The notes under the pieces are model-generated. The model was not told the DNA's origin. It searched no databases and was given only the letters and a program-made list of their open reading frames with translations. Below are positions 18,641 through 29,873 of a stretch of DNA of 64,000 bases, piece by piece. Position numbers and translations under genes: made by a program. Origin of the DNA: an uncultured delta proteobacterium (GTDB lineage: Bacteria; Myxococcota; Myxococcia; Myxococcales; Anaeromyxobacteraceae); NCBI GenBank assembly GCA_963828255.1, contig CAWHDZ010000016.1:1-64000 (forward strand), read 5' to 3'. The number at the start of each line of letters is the position of its first letter. Positions within the stretch are counted from its first letter, which is position 1.

Positions 18641-19510
18641 ATGCGCCGCAAGGTGAACCGCGACGAGGTGGCCCGCGAGCTCCTCCCCGGGAGCTCGAAG
18701 GCGCTCCTCCAGGAGCTGCACCTGCTCACCCGCGACGGGGACCTCAACGCCGACAGCCTCCGCAAGCTGAAGCAGGTGAACCACCTGGTGCGGCTCCTCT
18801 CCCCGGCGCTCGACGACGTCCTCTCCCGCTTCGGCGACCCGGTGCTGGTGGACTGCGGCTCGGGCAAGGGCTACCTGGGCTTCATCCTCTACGAGCTCGC
18901 CGTGGGACCGGCCGGGAAGGGGACGCTCCTCGGCATCGAGTCGCGCCCGGAGCTGGCCAGGGCGGCGACCGAGCGGGCCGCCCGGCTCGGCTACGACCGC
19001 ATGCGCTTCCTGGAAGGCGAGGTGTCGGGCGCCCCGGTTCCGCCGCGGGTGAATCTGGTGACCGCGCTGCACGCCTGCGACACCGCCACCGACGACGCCA
19101 TCGTGCTGGCGGCGCGCCACGGCGCGGATCACGTGGCGCTGGTCCCCTGCTGCCAGGCCGAGGTGGCCCGGCAGCTCGCCGACCGGCGCGGCGCCGACCC
19201 GTCCATCGCCGAGCTGCACCAGCACCCCTGGCACCGGCGCGAGTTGGGCTCCCACCTCACCAACGTGATCCGGGCGCTCTCGCTCGAGGCGCTCGGCTAC
19301 CAGGTCACCGTGACCGAGCTGGCCGGCTGGGAGCACTCCCTCAAGAACGAGCTCATCCTGGGGAAGAAGACCCGCGCCGGGTCCCGGGCGGCCCTGGAGC
19401 GTCTCGAGGCGCTCCTCTCGGCGGCGGGGGTGCGGCCCAAGCTGGTGCGCGAGATCTGGGGACCGGGTCCTGGAATCGCCCCGGGATCGGCCCCGGACTC
19501 CGCAGTGTGA
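18641..19510 (+). CDS. SAM-dependent methyltransferase (Methyltransf_32-like)
   Basis: VDCGSGKGYLGF, ALHACDTATD, VPCCQ, EHSLKN. Confidence 0.85.
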   Translation: MRRKVNRDEVARELLPGSSKALLQELHLLTRDGDLNADSLRKLKQVNHLVRLLSPALDDVLSRFGDPVLVDCGSGKGYLGFILYELAVGPAGKGTLLGIESRPELARAATERAARLGYDRMRFLEGEVSGAPVPPRVNLVTALHACDTATDDAIVLAARHGADHVALVPCCQAEVARQLADRRGADPSIAELHQHPWHRRELGSHLTNVIRALSLEALGYQVTVTELAGWEHSLKNELILGKKTRAGSRAALERLEALLSAAGVRPKLVREIWGPGPGIAPGSAPDSAV

Positions 19511-19572
19511 AGAACGGTTGCCCCGGCCCGGCCCTTCTTGTCATTCCGCGGGGGTGCGGCTATTTCTCCCGG

Positions 19573-20658
19573 ATGCCCCCGTCTTCCCGGGTCGCGCAGG
19601 CGCTCGCCGCCGCGCTGATCCTCTCCGTGGCCGCCTGCAGGGGCGGTGCGCCCGCCCCGCGGCAGCGCCCGCCTCCGGCGGTCACCGTGGCCCCCGTCGA
19701 GGTCCGGGAGGTGCAGGTCGAGATCCGCGCTCCGGTGGACCTGCGGCCGCTCTTCCAGGCCGACGTCGGGGCGAAGACGCTCGGCTACCTCGACGCGGTG
19801 CTGGTCGATCGCGGCGACCGGGTGAAGAAGGGGCAGCTCCTCGCGGTGATCCGCCCCTCCGATCTTCCCGACCAGATGGAATCCGCCCGGGTGGCCTTCG
19901 AGAACGCCAAGGCGAACAGGGCTCGGGCCGAGGCGCTGGCCCCGTCGGGCGTGGTCTCCCAGCAGGAGCTGCAGAACGCCCAGAGCGCCCACGCCGCCGC
20001 CCAGGCCAACCTCCAGGCCATCGCCACCCGCTTCGGCGAGACCCGCATCGTGTCCCCCATCGACGGCGTGATCTCCCAGCGCCGCCTCGACCCGGGCGTG
20101 CTGGTCGGGCCGAACGCCGGCACCGGCGCCATCCTCACCGTGCAGCGAAGCGACATCCTGCGGGTCTTCGTGCCGGTGAACGAGAAGGACGCCCCCGCCG
20201 TCCGGATCGGCCAGGCCGCCACCGCCGAGTTCGACGCCCTGCCGGGCAAGCGCTACACCGGCAAGGTGGTGCGCCTCTCGCCGGCGTTCGACCCCGTCGC
20301 CCGCACCGTGGACGCCGAGGTGCACCTCGCGAACCCCGGCGAGCTGCGCCCGGGGATGTACGGCCGCGGCACCCTCATCACCGCGGTCCACCCCGCCGCG
20401 GTGGTGGTCCCGGTGGGAGCGGTGCAGATCTCCGACGGCCGCTTCTTCGCCTTCCTGGTGCAGGGCGAGAACGTGAAGCGGGTCGAGCTCCAGATCGGGG
20501 TGGACGGGGGGGACTGGTTCGAGGTGGTCGGGGGGCTCGAGGCCGGGAACGAGATCGTCACCGCGGGCACCGACACGCTCGCCGACGGTGCGGCCGTCCG
20601 CCCGGTTCGGGGGACCGATCCCTTCACGGGGAAGCCCGTCCCCGCCGCCGGGAAGTGA
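19573..20658 (+). CDS. RND efflux periplasmic adaptor (MFP), lipoprotein
   Basis: Lipobox VAAC; GYL..V.VDRGDRVKKGQLLA; I.SPIDGVI; LRPGMYG. Confidence 0.9.
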   Translation: MPPSSRVAQALAAALILSVAACRGGAPAPRQRPPPAVTVAPVEVREVQVEIRAPVDLRPLFQADVGAKTLGYLDAVLVDRGDRVKKGQLLAVIRPSDLPDQMESARVAFENAKANRARAEALAPSGVVSQQELQNAQSAHAAAQANLQAIATRFGETRIVSPIDGVISQRRLDPGVLVGPNAGTGAILTVQRSDILRVFVPVNEKDAPAVRIGQAATAEFDALPGKRYTGKVVRLSPAFDPVARTVDAEVHLANPGELRPGMYGRGTLITAVHPAAVVVPVGAVQISDGRFFAFLVQGENVKRVELQIGVDGGDWFEVVGGLEAGNEIVTAGTDTLADGAAVRPVRGTDPFTGKPVPAAGK

Positions 20659-20662
20659 AGCC

Positions 20663-23600
20663 ATGTGGCTGACACGGCTCGCACTCCGCAACCCCATCTT
20701 CATCCTGATGATGTCGCTCATGGCGCTCGCCCTCGGGTGGGTGGCCCTGACGCGGCTTCCGGTGGACCTCTTCCCCAACATCGACATCCCGCAGATCCAG
20801 GTGGCCACCTTCTACACGGGCGCCGGCCCCGGCGACGTCGAGAAGTCCATCACCGTACCCATCGAGCGCGCCGTCTCGGCCGCACCCGGCGTGAACAGGG
20901 TCGAGAGCGTCTCCAAGCAGGGCTTCTCGGCGGTGACGGTGTGGTTCCAGTACGGGGTCAACCTCGACAACGCCCAGTTCGAGGTGCAGCAGCGGGTGGC
21001 CCAGATCCTGAACACGCTGCCGCCCGGCATCGACCAGCCCTTCATCGTCAAGTTCGACGTCTCCAACATCCCGGTGGCCTTCGTCTCGATGAGCGCCGAG
21101 GGGCTCGACGAGAAGGAGCTCTACGACCTGGGCTACAACGTGGTGGAGCCCCAGCTCGAGCGCATCAAGGGCGTGGCCAGCGCCCCCATCGGCGGCGGCA
21201 AGGTCCGCGAGATCCAGGTGCTCCTCGAGAACGACGCGCTCCGCTCCCGCAACCTCACCGTGCTCGACGTGGTGAACACCGTGAGGGCCTCGAACCTGCT
21301 CCTCCCCAGCGGCACGCTCCGGGCCGGCGACCGGGACTACAACGTCTTCTCCAACACCCAGATCGGGGCGGCTCGCCCGCTGCGCGACGTGGTGATCCGC
21401 CCGGCCGGGCGCGGCGCCGGCAACGACCGGGTGGCCCCGGTGCGCATCTCCGACGTGGCCCGGGTGGTGGACGGCACCGCCGACCAGACCGAGATCGCCC
21501 GCGTGAACGGTTCGCGGGGTGTCTACTTCCGGGTCCAGAAGCAGCCCGGTGCCAACACCGTGGACGTGGTGGACCAGCTGCGCAAGGCGCTGCCCGGCCT
21601 GCGCGGCATCCCCCCCAGCGTGAAGCTCACGGTCTCCTTCGACCAGTCGGCCTACATCCGGGCCGCCATCTCGTCGCTGCTGCACGAGGCGCTCTGGGGC
21701 AGCGGCCTCGCCATCCTGGTGATCCTGGTCTTCCTCGCCAGCTGGTCGGCCACCGGGATCATCGCCATCGCCATCCCGCTCTCCATCGTGGCCACCTTCG
21801 TGCTGCTCTACTTCTCCGGCCAGACGCTCAACGTCTTCACCCTGGGTGGCCTGGCCCTGGGCGTGGGGCGGCTCGTCGACGACTCGATCGTGGAGCTCGA
21901 GAACATCCACCGCCATCTGGAGATGGGGGGCGATCGCAGGAGCGCGGTGCTGGCCGCCGCCCAGGAGGTGGCCATGCCCATCTTCGTCTCCACCATCACC
22001 ACCATCGTGGTCTTCTTCCCGGTGGTCTTCCTCACCGGCGTGGCCCGCAACCTCTTCATCCCGCTGGCGCTCACCATCGCCTTCGCGCTGATGATGAGCT
22101 TCTTCGTCTCACGCACCGTGACTCCCATCCTCTGCCTGAAGTACCTGGACCGGGGCGGCCACCGCGCCGGAGGGAAGGGATTGGCCAGCCGCATCACCCG
22201 CCAGCTCGACCGGATGGACGAGGCCTACGCCCGCTCGCTCCACTGGGTGCTGCGAAACCGCGGCAAGGTGATCGTGGGGATCCTGGTCTTCTTCGTGGCC
22301 TCGATGGGGCTCGTCGGCAAGGTCGGCACCGAGTTCTTCCCGCCCACCGACGAGAGCCAGTTCCGGATCAACTTCAAGGGCCCGGTGGGCACGCGGGTCG
22401 AGCGGACGGAGGACGTGACGAAGCGCATCGAGCAGACCATCCGGGAAGTCGCTGGCCCCGCTCACGGCGGACGACGGCGGGCCGGTGGCGAGCACGGTCA
22501 TCTCCACGGTGGGCCTGCCGCAGGGGCGCACCGCGCTCTTCAGCGGGAACACCGGGCCGCACTCCGGCCAGATCCAGACCTACCTGGTCCCCCACACCCG
22601 GCGATCGGTCACCGACGAGGAGGCCGCCGACAAGGTGCGCACGGCCCTGCGCGACGCCATCCCCGGGGTGCAGTCCTACTTCTTCGTGGGCGGCATCGTG
22701 CGACGGATCCTCAACTTCGGCGCCGCCGCCCCCATCGACGTCGAGATCGTGGGCTACGATCTGGAGGCCGGGAGCGCCTACGCCAGGCGCCTCCTCCCCC
22801 GGCTCCGCGCCATCAACACCGCCGACGGACGCCCCCTCCTCACCGACCTGCAGGTCTCGCGCGAGGAGAACTACCCCGAGCTCGACGTGGTCGTGGACCG
22901 CGAGAAGGCCGGCATGCTGGGCATCTCCGAGCAGCAGGTGGCCCAGACGGTGCTCGCGAGCCTGGTGGGGAACACCCAGTTCGCCCCCGTTCCCTTCACG
23001 GATCCCGGGTCGGGAAACCAGTACTTCATCAACGTGCGGCTCGCCGACGGGGGGCGCAACGAGGTGGCCGACCTGAAGGACGTGCTGGTGAAGGCCGCCG
23101 ACGGCACGGTGCTGCCGCTCGCCAACGTGGCCCAGGTGAAGCGCTCGGCCGGGCCGGTCCAGGTGAACCGCAAGTACCTGCAGCGCGTCGTGGACCTCAC
23201 CGCCAACACCGGCCCCGGCGTGGACCTGGGCACGGCCAGCGCGGCGGTGGAGAAGGTGCTCGACGAGGTCCCGCCGCCTGAGGGATTCACGGTGCAACTC
23301 TCCGGACAGACCGCGGCGCAGCGCGAGGCCTTCGGAAGCCTGCGCTTCGCGGCCCTCATGGCGCTGGCGCTCGTCTACATGATCCTCGCCTCCCAGTTCA
23401 AGTCGCTCCTCGATCCGCTGGTCATCATGTTCTCCGTCCCGCTGGGGGTGAGCGGGGTCTTCATCGCGCTCTGGCTGACCGGGACCACGCTCAACGTGAA
23501 CAGCTTCATGGGCATCATCATGATGGTGGGGATCGTGGTGTCGAACGGCGTGCTGCTGGTGGACTTCGCCCGCGTCCTGCGCGAGCGCGGCCAGCCGCTC

Positions 23601-23882
23601 GTCGAGGCCACCGTGCAGGCCGGGAAGACCCGGCTCCGCCCCATCCTCATGACCACCATCGCCACCGTCGCCGGCCTGCTCCCCATGGCGCTGGGCATCG
23701 GCGAGGGCAGCGAGACCAACATGCCGCTGGCCCGCGCCGTCATCGGGGGGCTCACCGTCTCGACCTTCTTCACCCTCTTCCTCATCCCGGCGCTCTTCAC
23801 CCTGCTGGCCCGGTTCGAGAAGCCGGCGCCGGCCGGGAACGGGTCCGGCCCCGAGGAGCGCTCCGTGGAGGCAGCAACGTGA
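20663..23882 (+). CDS. RND efflux permease (AcrB/CusA superfamily), +1 frameshift near 22445
   Basis: LPVDLFP, LGVGRLVDDSIVELENI in the first frame; GIVVSNGVLL, RLRPILMTT in the second frame (22485-23882). Removing one G at 22443-22445 gives one 1072-aa ORF. Confidence 0.88.
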
Positions 23883-25219
23883 GAACCATCCTGATCCTGG
23901 CGCTCGCGTCGATGCCCGCCGCTGCGCTCGCCCAGTCCCCAGGCTCATCCGGTCCTGCCGCCGGCGAGCTCCCTCCGGCGCTCGCCCCCGTGCCCGACGT
24001 GGTCCTCTCCGCCCGCCTGGGCGTTGCCGAGCCGATCCTCTTCGACGACGCCGTGAAGAGGGCGCTCGCCCACAACACCAGCGCCCTCATCGCGGCGCAG
24101 GAGATCGTCCGTGCCGAGGGGCTCATGGGGCAGGCCCGTTCCGCCTCGCTCCCGCTGGTGGTGCTGGGCGGCTCCTGGACGCTGCTCGACCACGACCGCA
24201 TCCTGAGCGGCCGGCTGGTGCAGCCCGGTTCGTCGCTGCAGGGCACCGCCACGCTCACCGTGCCGCTCGTGGCCGCCTCGCGCTGGTACTCCTGGGCCCA
24301 CGGCGCCGAGGGAGTCGACGTGGCCACCCTCTCCGAGGCCGACGTGCGGCGAACCGTGGCCATCACCGCGGCCCGGTCCTACCTGACGGTGGTCGCCGCG
24401 CACCGCGCCGTGGACGTCAGCGAGAGCGCCGTGAAGGTCGGCCGGGCCCACGAGGAGTTCGCGCTGGCCCGCCGGAAGGGCGGCGTCGGCAACGAGCTCG
24501 ACGTGAAGCGCGCCGAGCAGGAGCGCTGGGCCGCCGAGGTCCAGCTGCAGGCCGCCCGCACCCTGCTGGCCCGCGGGCGGGAGGCGCTGGGGGTGATCTG
24601 CGGAGCCGGTGGACCGCTCGACTCCACCGGCGTGCCGAAGGTCAGGGAATACCCCGACCTGGCGCAGGCCGAGCAGGGCGTCCCGGGGCGGCAGGACGTG
24701 AAGGCCGCCGCCGGGAAGGCCCGGCTCGCCGAGGCGGTCTGGAAGGACAGCTGGTCCGACTGGCTTCCGGTGCTCATCGGCGGCATCCAGGGCTACGTGC
24801 AGACCGCCGACGTGCCTCCCACGCCCCCCTCCGGCTGGGTGGCCCAGCTGCTCCTCACCTTCCCGATCTACGAGGGCGGCCTGCGCCCGGCCCAGTCGAA
24901 GGAGCGGGGAGCGCTGGCCCGGGAGGCCGATGAGGCGCTCCAGGGGCTGCTGCGCCAGGCCCGCTCCGAGGTGCGCCTCTCCTTCGAGACCACCCGCTAC
25001 GCCTACGCCGGCTACGACGCGGCAAGGCGGGGCGCCGAGAGCGCGGTGGCCGCGCTCGAGCTCGCCAACCAGGCCTACCGGGCCGGGGCCACGAGCAACC
25101 TCGAGCTCATCGACGCCGAGCGGAGGGCCCGCGACGCGGCCACCACCGCGGTGATCGCCGAGGACGCGGTCCGGCAGGCCAACCTCGACCTGCTCTCGGC
25201 GGCCGGCCGCTTTCCGTGA
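23879..25219 (+). CDS. TolC-family outer membrane efflux protein
   Basis: Signal peptide; AL.HN, P..EGG, Y.AG..SNLELIDA; follows MFP and RND genes. Confidence 0.88.
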   Translation: MRTILILALASMPAAALAQSPGSSGPAAGELPPALAPVPDVVLSARLGVAEPILFDDAVKRALAHNTSALIAAQEIVRAEGLMGQARSASLPLVVLGGSWTLLDHDRILSGRLVQPGSSLQGTATLTVPLVAASRWYSWAHGAEGVDVATLSEADVRRTVAITAARSYLTVVAAHRAVDVSESAVKVGRAHEEFALARRKGGVGNELDVKRAEQERWAAEVQLQAARTLLARGREALGVICGAGGPLDSTGVPKVREYPDLAQAEQGVPGRQDVKAAAGKARLAEAVWKDSWSDWLPVLIGGIQGYVQTADVPPTPPSGWVAQLLLTFPIYEGGLRPAQSKERGALAREADEALQGLLRQARSEVRLSFETTRYAYAGYDAARRGAESAVAALELANQAYRAGATSNLELIDAERRARDAATTAVIAEDAVRQANLDLLSAAGRFP

Positions 25220-25908
25220 CGCACCCGGGCGGCCTGCGCGCCATCCTGGCGATCTGGCCCTCGGTCGCCGGGGCGCTCCTCTTCCGCTACGCCGCCTACG
25301 CCGCCATGACGGCGCTGGCGCTCTGGGCCGAGCTGCGCCCGGCGCCCACGCTGCCCGACGCGGTGCTCGAGCGGCTCCCCTACGTGCCCTGGGTCGATCG
25401 GGCCAACTACTGGGTCTGGCTCTGCGTCTACCTCCCGCTCACCGTGCTGCTCCTCTGGAGCGAGCCGCGACGCTGGGTACGCTACATGATCACCGGTGGC
25501 CTGGTGTCCCTGGCCCGCGGCGTCACCATCGCGCTCACCGGCCTGGGCGTCCCCGACCCGGCCCACGCCGGGCCGGGCATCGGCGACCGCGACTTCGCGA
25601 CCGCCTTCGCCGAGCTGCTCTCGCCGATCGGGGTCTTCGACCGGGGCGCCATCGCCGCCTATCTCACCAAGGACCTCTTCTTCTCCGGCCACGTGGCGAC
25701 CACGTTCCTGCTCTGGCTCTACCTCCGGGGACGCCCGCGCCTCGCGCCCGTCGCGCTCGTGGCCAGCCTGGCGGTGACCGCCTCGGTGCTCCTCGCCCAC
25801 CTGCACTACGCCATCGACGTGGTGGGCGCCTGGGCCATCACCTTCGCCATCTTCGTGCTGCGCGAGGGGTGGCCTACCCCTTCACCAGCCGGACCACCCC
25901 GGTCGTGA
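25216..25908 (+). CDS. Sphingomyelin-synthase-like PAP2 membrane phosphotransferase
   Basis: TLPD, R-G-V-T...T-G-L, KDLFFSGH, AHLHYAIDV; about 6 hydrophobic segments; GTGA overlap with the tolC-like gene. Confidence 0.7.
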   Translation: MTHPGGLRAILAIWPSVAGALLFRYAAYAAMTALALWAELRPAPTLPDAVLERLPYVPWVDRANYWVWLCVYLPLTVLLLWSEPRRWVRYMITGGLVSLARGVTIALTGLGVPDPAHAGPGIGDRDFATAFAELLSPIGVFDRGAIAAYLTKDLFFSGHVATTFLLWLYLRGRPRLAPVALVASLAVTASVLLAHLHYAIDVVGAWAITFAIFVLREGWPTPSPAGPPRS

Positions 25909-27877
25909 TGGGCTCGAGGTAGGTCACGAGCAGCACGCCCGCCGTCATGATCACCAGGAACGGGAAGGCCTGCTTGTAGACGAAGGGCAGGGGCTTGCCG
26001 AAGCGCTGGGCGGAGAGGAAGAGGTTGAGCCCCATGGGGGGGAGCAGGAAGCCCAGCTCGAGGTTGGCCAGGAAGACCACGCCCAGGTGGACCGGGTCGA
26101 TGCCGTAGGCCACGCCCAGCGGGGCCACCAGCGGCGCCACCACCACGATGGCCGAGTAGATCTCGAGGACGCTCCCCAGCACGAGCAGCACCACGTTCAG
26201 CATGAGGAGGAAGAGCGCGGGGCTCTTCACGTGGGTGGTCATCCAGTCCACCAGCTGGGTGGGGATCTCGGCGTCCACGAACCAGCTGGTGAGCCCCAGC
26301 GCCACGCCGAGCAGGATGAGGACGCTCCCCACCAGCGTGCCGGCGTCGAGGAGCACCTTGGGCAGCTGGGAGAAGGGCTTCAGGTCCCGGAAGATGACCA
26401 GCTCGACCAGCAGCGCGTAGGCGGCGGCGATGGCCGAGGCCTCCACGATGGTGGCGAAGCCGGTGAGCACCACCACGACCACCAGCGTGGGGAGCCCCAG
26501 GTCCCACTTGGCCTCCCACATGGAGCGGAACGCCTCGGCCGGCCGGAACTTCTGCCGCGGGGCCTTGAAGCGGACGCCCATCCAGACCCCGTAGGCCGCC
26601 ACCAGCACGATCATGAGGATGCCGGGGACGAGCCCGCCGATGAAGAGGTCCTCGATGGCGGTCCCGGCCACCACCCCGTAGAGAATGACTGGGAGTGAAG
26701 GCGGGAAGAGCAGCCCCAGGGAGCCGGCGGCGGTGACCAGCCCGACCGAGAAGCCCTCCGGGTAGCCGTCCTCCAGCAGCGCCGGGAGGAGGAGGCCGCC
26801 CAGGGCCAGGATGGTGACGCCCGAGGCGCCGGTGAAGGTGGTGAAGATGGCCGCCACCACCACGGCCATGACCGCGAGCCCGCCGGGCATCCAGCCGAAG
26901 AGGCCGCGGTAGGCGCGCACCAGGCGCTGGGCGGCGCCCCCCTCGGCGAGGATGTAGCCGGCCACGGTGAGGAGCGGGATGGCCGCCAGGGTGGGGGAAG
27001 AGACCAGCGTGAAGGTCTGGGTGGGGACGGCGGCCACCGGCGTCATGTCCTTCACGAAGAGCACCATGGCGAGGCCCGCCATGCCCACGAAGACCGGGGC
27101 GCCGAGCAGGAAGGCCAGGCCCACCGCCGTGCCGAAGGTCCAGACCAGCGCGCCGGGCGTGGCCAGCGGCCCGAGCAGCTTGCCGAACCCCGCCGCCAGT
27201 GCGGCGAACCCCCGCCCGGGCGCACCCAGCGCGTCGAGCGGCCAGGAGCCGGGGTCGGGGAGCGAGGCCTCGCTCCAGAGGAAGGTGAGAAAGACCACCG
27301 AGAGGCCGGCCAGCCTGAGGAGCCAGCGACGGGAGACCGGGGGCGTCCGCCAGGCGAAGACCACCGACATGCCGGCCAGCGTGACCGGCATCACCAGCAT
27401 GCTCCACCAGAAGGGGATTCCCCCCACCACCATCCGCGACTCGGCCTCGACGTGGACGAGGCGCGCCGAGGCATAGGCCAGGACCGCGGTCACGGCCGCC
27501 GCCACCCAGCCGGTGAAGACCTTCACGGCCTCCCGGGCCGGGCCGTCCGGGAAGAGATCGAGGGTGGTGAGGTGGAGGTGCTTGCCGGACCGGGCGGCGA
27601 GCAGCGCTCCCAGGAAGCCGATCCAGAGGGTGAGGTGCTGCACGAGGACGGTGGCGCTGGGGATCGACTCGCCGGTGACGCGCCGCCACGTGGACGAGAC
27701 CACCGGAAGCGTGACCATGGCGAGCAGCACGACCACCACGACGAGGTCGCCGACCCACGTCGCACCGCCCCGCACGAGCCGTCCGGCGCGCCGCAGCGGT
27801 CCCGGAGTCCCGGCCGGACCGGGCTCCCCGCCCCCCGGAGGGGTCGTGGCGTCGGGTGGAATGGATGGAGTGCTCAT
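25874..27877 (-). CDS. TRAP transporter fused small+large permease (DctQM)
   Basis: ATG 27877; QHLTLWIGFLGA..A....HL (DctQ); AIPL...AG, FTGASG, AGSLGLLFPPS, GIDPVHLG, PPMGLNLF (DctM). Confidence 0.9.
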   Translation of the reverse strand: MSTPSIPPDATTPPGGGEPGPAGTPGPLRRAGRLVRGGATWVGDLVVVVVLLAMVTLPVVSSTWRRVTGESIPSATVLVQHLTLWIGFLGALLAARSGKHLHLTTLDLFPDGPAREAVKVFTGWVAAAVTAVLAYASARLVHVEAESRMVVGGIPFWWSMLVMPVTLAGMSVVFAWRTPPVSRRWLLRLAGLSVVFLTFLWSEASLPDPGSWPLDALGAPGRGFAALAAGFGKLLGPLATPGALVWTFGTAVGLAFLLGAPVFVGMAGLAMVLFVKDMTPVAAVPTQTFTLVSSPTLAAIPLLTVAGYILAEGGAAQRLVRAYRGLFGWMPGGLAVMAVVVAAIFTTFTGASGVTILALGGLLLPALLEDGYPEGFSVGLVTAAGSLGLLFPPSLPVILYGVVAGTAIEDLFIGGLVPGILMIVLVAAYGVWMGVRFKAPRQKFRPAEAFRSMWEAKWDLGLPTLVVVVVLTGFATIVEASAIAAAYALLVELVIFRDLKPFSQLPKVLLDAGTLVGSVLILLGVALGLTSWFVDAEIPTQLVDWMTTHVKSPALFLLMLNVVLLVLGSVLEIYSAIVVVAPLVAPLGVAYGIDPVHLGVVFLANLELGFLLPPMGLNLFLSAQRFGKPLPFVYKQAFPFLVIMTAGVLLVTYLEPITTGVVRLVKG

Positions 27878-27949
27878 GAGTTGCGTCACAAGAAAGGAGA
27901 GACGTTGACCCCGCGCGAACCGGCGCTTAGAAGTAACACGCGAATACCC

Positions 27950-28864
27950 GTGAAACCCTGGAAAAATAGGCTCCTCGCCGCGGCCGTGGCGCCGCTCCTC
28001 CTCGCCGGATGCCGGACCACCGGCGCCAGGATCGCCGCGAGCGCGTTCACCGGCGCCGGTCCCACCTTCGCCCAGGACGACGACCCCGAGCTGGTCCGCG
28101 ACGCGGTTCCCTTCGCGCTGAAGACGATGGAGTCGCTCCTCGCGACCATCCCCGAGGACGTCGGCCTGATGCGAACGCTCGCCGCCGACTTCACCCAGTA
28201 CACCTATGCCTTCGTCCAGCAGGACGCCGACGCAGCGGAGCTGGCGGGGCTGAGCGCCGAGGCCCGGGCCGGCCGTGAGCGGGCGCGGAAGCTCTTCCTG
28301 CGGGCCCGCGAGTACGGCCTGCGTGGGCTCGACGAGCTCTACCCGGGCATCTCCACCCGCCTGCGCTCGGCGCGAGACCTCGGCCCTGCCCTCGACCGGG
28401 TGAAGAAGAAGGACGTCGACCTCCTCTACTGGACCGCCGCGGCCTGGGCGCTCGCCATCACCGACGGCAAGTCCGACATGCAGCTCGTCTCCGAGCTCCC
28501 CGCGCCGGTGGCGATGATGCGCCGCGGTCTCGCCCTCGACGAGGGGTTCGGGCAGGGCGCCTTCCACGAGTTCCTCGTCACCTACGAGGGCGGCCGGAGC
28601 GTCGCCGACGGGGGCGGGCCGGTGGTGGCGCGCCAGCACCTCGAGCGGGCGCTCGCGCTCTCCGGCGGCAACAAGCTCGGGCCGCAGCTGTCCTGGGCCG
28701 AGACCGTGCTCGTCCAGCAGCAGGACCGGGCCGCCTTCGAGACGGAGCTTCGCAGGATCATCGCCTTCGACGTCGACGGGGCGCCGGAGTACCGGCTCGC
28801 CAACATCATCGCCCAGCGGCGCGCCCGCGTGCTGCTGGCCCACCTCGACGACCTCTTCGCCTGA
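27950..28864 (+). CDS. TRAP-associated TatT lipoprotein
   Basis: GTG 27950, lipobox LAGC; DDDPELVRDAVPFALKTMESLL, FTQYTYAFV, LLYWTA.AW, ARQHLERAL. Confidence 0.82.
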   Translation: MKPWKNRLLAAAVAPLLLAGCRTTGARIAASAFTGAGPTFAQDDDPELVRDAVPFALKTMESLLATIPEDVGLMRTLAADFTQYTYAFVQQDADAAELAGLSAEARAGRERARKLFLRAREYGLRGLDELYPGISTRLRSARDLGPALDRVKKKDVDLLYWTAAAWALAITDGKSDMQLVSELPAPVAMMRRGLALDEGFGQGAFHEFLVTYEGGRSVADGGGPVVARQHLERALALSGGNKLGPQLSWAETVLVQQQDRAAFETELRRIIAFDVDGAPEYRLANIIAQRRARVLLAHLDDLFA

Positions 28865-28881
28865 ACCAGGAGAGACACAAA

Positions 28882-29871
28882 GTGAAGAAGACCCTCCTCG
28901 CGGCCGCGCTGCTCGCCCTCGCCTCTCCGGCGCTCGCCCAGCAGCAGGTCCAGATCAAGCTCGGAACGCTGGCCCCCAACGGATCCACGTGGCACGAGCT
29001 CCTGAAGGAGATGGCGGTGCGCTGGGGCGAGGCCTCCAAGGACGGCGTGAAGCTGCGCATCTACGCCGGCGGGACCCAGGGCAACGAGGGGGAGATGGTC
29101 CGCAAGATGGCGGTGGGTCAGCTGCAGGGCGCCGCCGTCACCACGGTGGGCCTCCACGACATCGCCGCCGAGCCCCAGGCCCTCACCGTCCCGCTCATGT
29201 TCGACTCGGCGGCCGAGCTGCAGAAGGCGCTGCCCATCCTCGAGCCCAAGCTCGACGCGATCCTCGAGAAGAAGGGCTACGTGCCGCTCACATGGGGCGC
29301 CATCGGGGCCATCAAGCTCTTCTGCACCAAGCCCTTCAAGACCCCGGCGGAGGCGGCCGGCGCCAAGATCTTCGCCTGGGAGGGCGACCCGGGCAGCGTC
29401 AAGGCCTGGAAGGCGGCGGGCTTCAACCCGGTGGTGCTCTCCTCCACCGACGTCATCACCTCGCTCCAGACCGGCATGATCGAGTGCATCCCCAACGTAC
29501 CCCTCTACGTCCTGACGGCGCGCCTCTTCGAGAAGGCGCCCTACATGATCGACGTGAACTGGGGCTGGCTGGTCGGGGCCACGGTGGTGCGCAAGGACGC
29601 CTGGGAGAAGATCCCGGCCGACCTGCGCCCGAAGCTCCTCGCCATCGCCCGGGAGCTCGGCAAGAAGGTGGACGTCGAGGTGGCCCGGCTCAACTCCGAG
29701 GCGGTCACCGCCATGGAGAAGCAGGGGCTCAAGGTGGTGAAGGCCGACGCCGCGGCCTGGCGGGTCATGGCCGAGAAGTCGTGGCCGGTGGTGCGCGGCG
29801 AGGTGGTCCCGGCGGCCTTCTTCGACGAGGTGAAGGCCCTCCGGGACGCGCAGCGGGCCGGGAAGAAGTAG
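28882..29871 (+). CDS. dctP: TRAP substrate-binding protein DctP (TatP type)
   Basis: Signal peptide; IKLGTLAP.GSTW, YAGGTQG.E, SLQTGMI. Confidence 0.9.
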   Translation: MKKTLLAAALLALASPALAQQQVQIKLGTLAPNGSTWHELLKEMAVRWGEASKDGVKLRIYAGGTQGNEGEMVRKMAVGQLQGAAVTTVGLHDIAAEPQALTVPLMFDSAAELQKALPILEPKLDAILEKKGYVPLTWGAIGAIKLFCTKPFKTPAEAAGAKIFAWEGDPGSVKAWKAAGFNPVVLSSTDVITSLQTGMIECIPNVPLYVLTARLFEKAPYMIDVNWGWLVGATVVRKDAWEKIPADLRPKLLAIARELGKKVDVEVARLNSEAVTAMEKQGLKVVKADAAAWRVMAEKSWPVVRGEVVPAAFFDEVKALRDAQRAGKK

Positions 29872-29873
29872 CT

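Noticed and set aside
22440..22484. Programmed ribosomal frameshift or genuinely split RND permease
   Set aside because: No slippery heptamer or SD-led restart; a single-base correction restores a normal protein.
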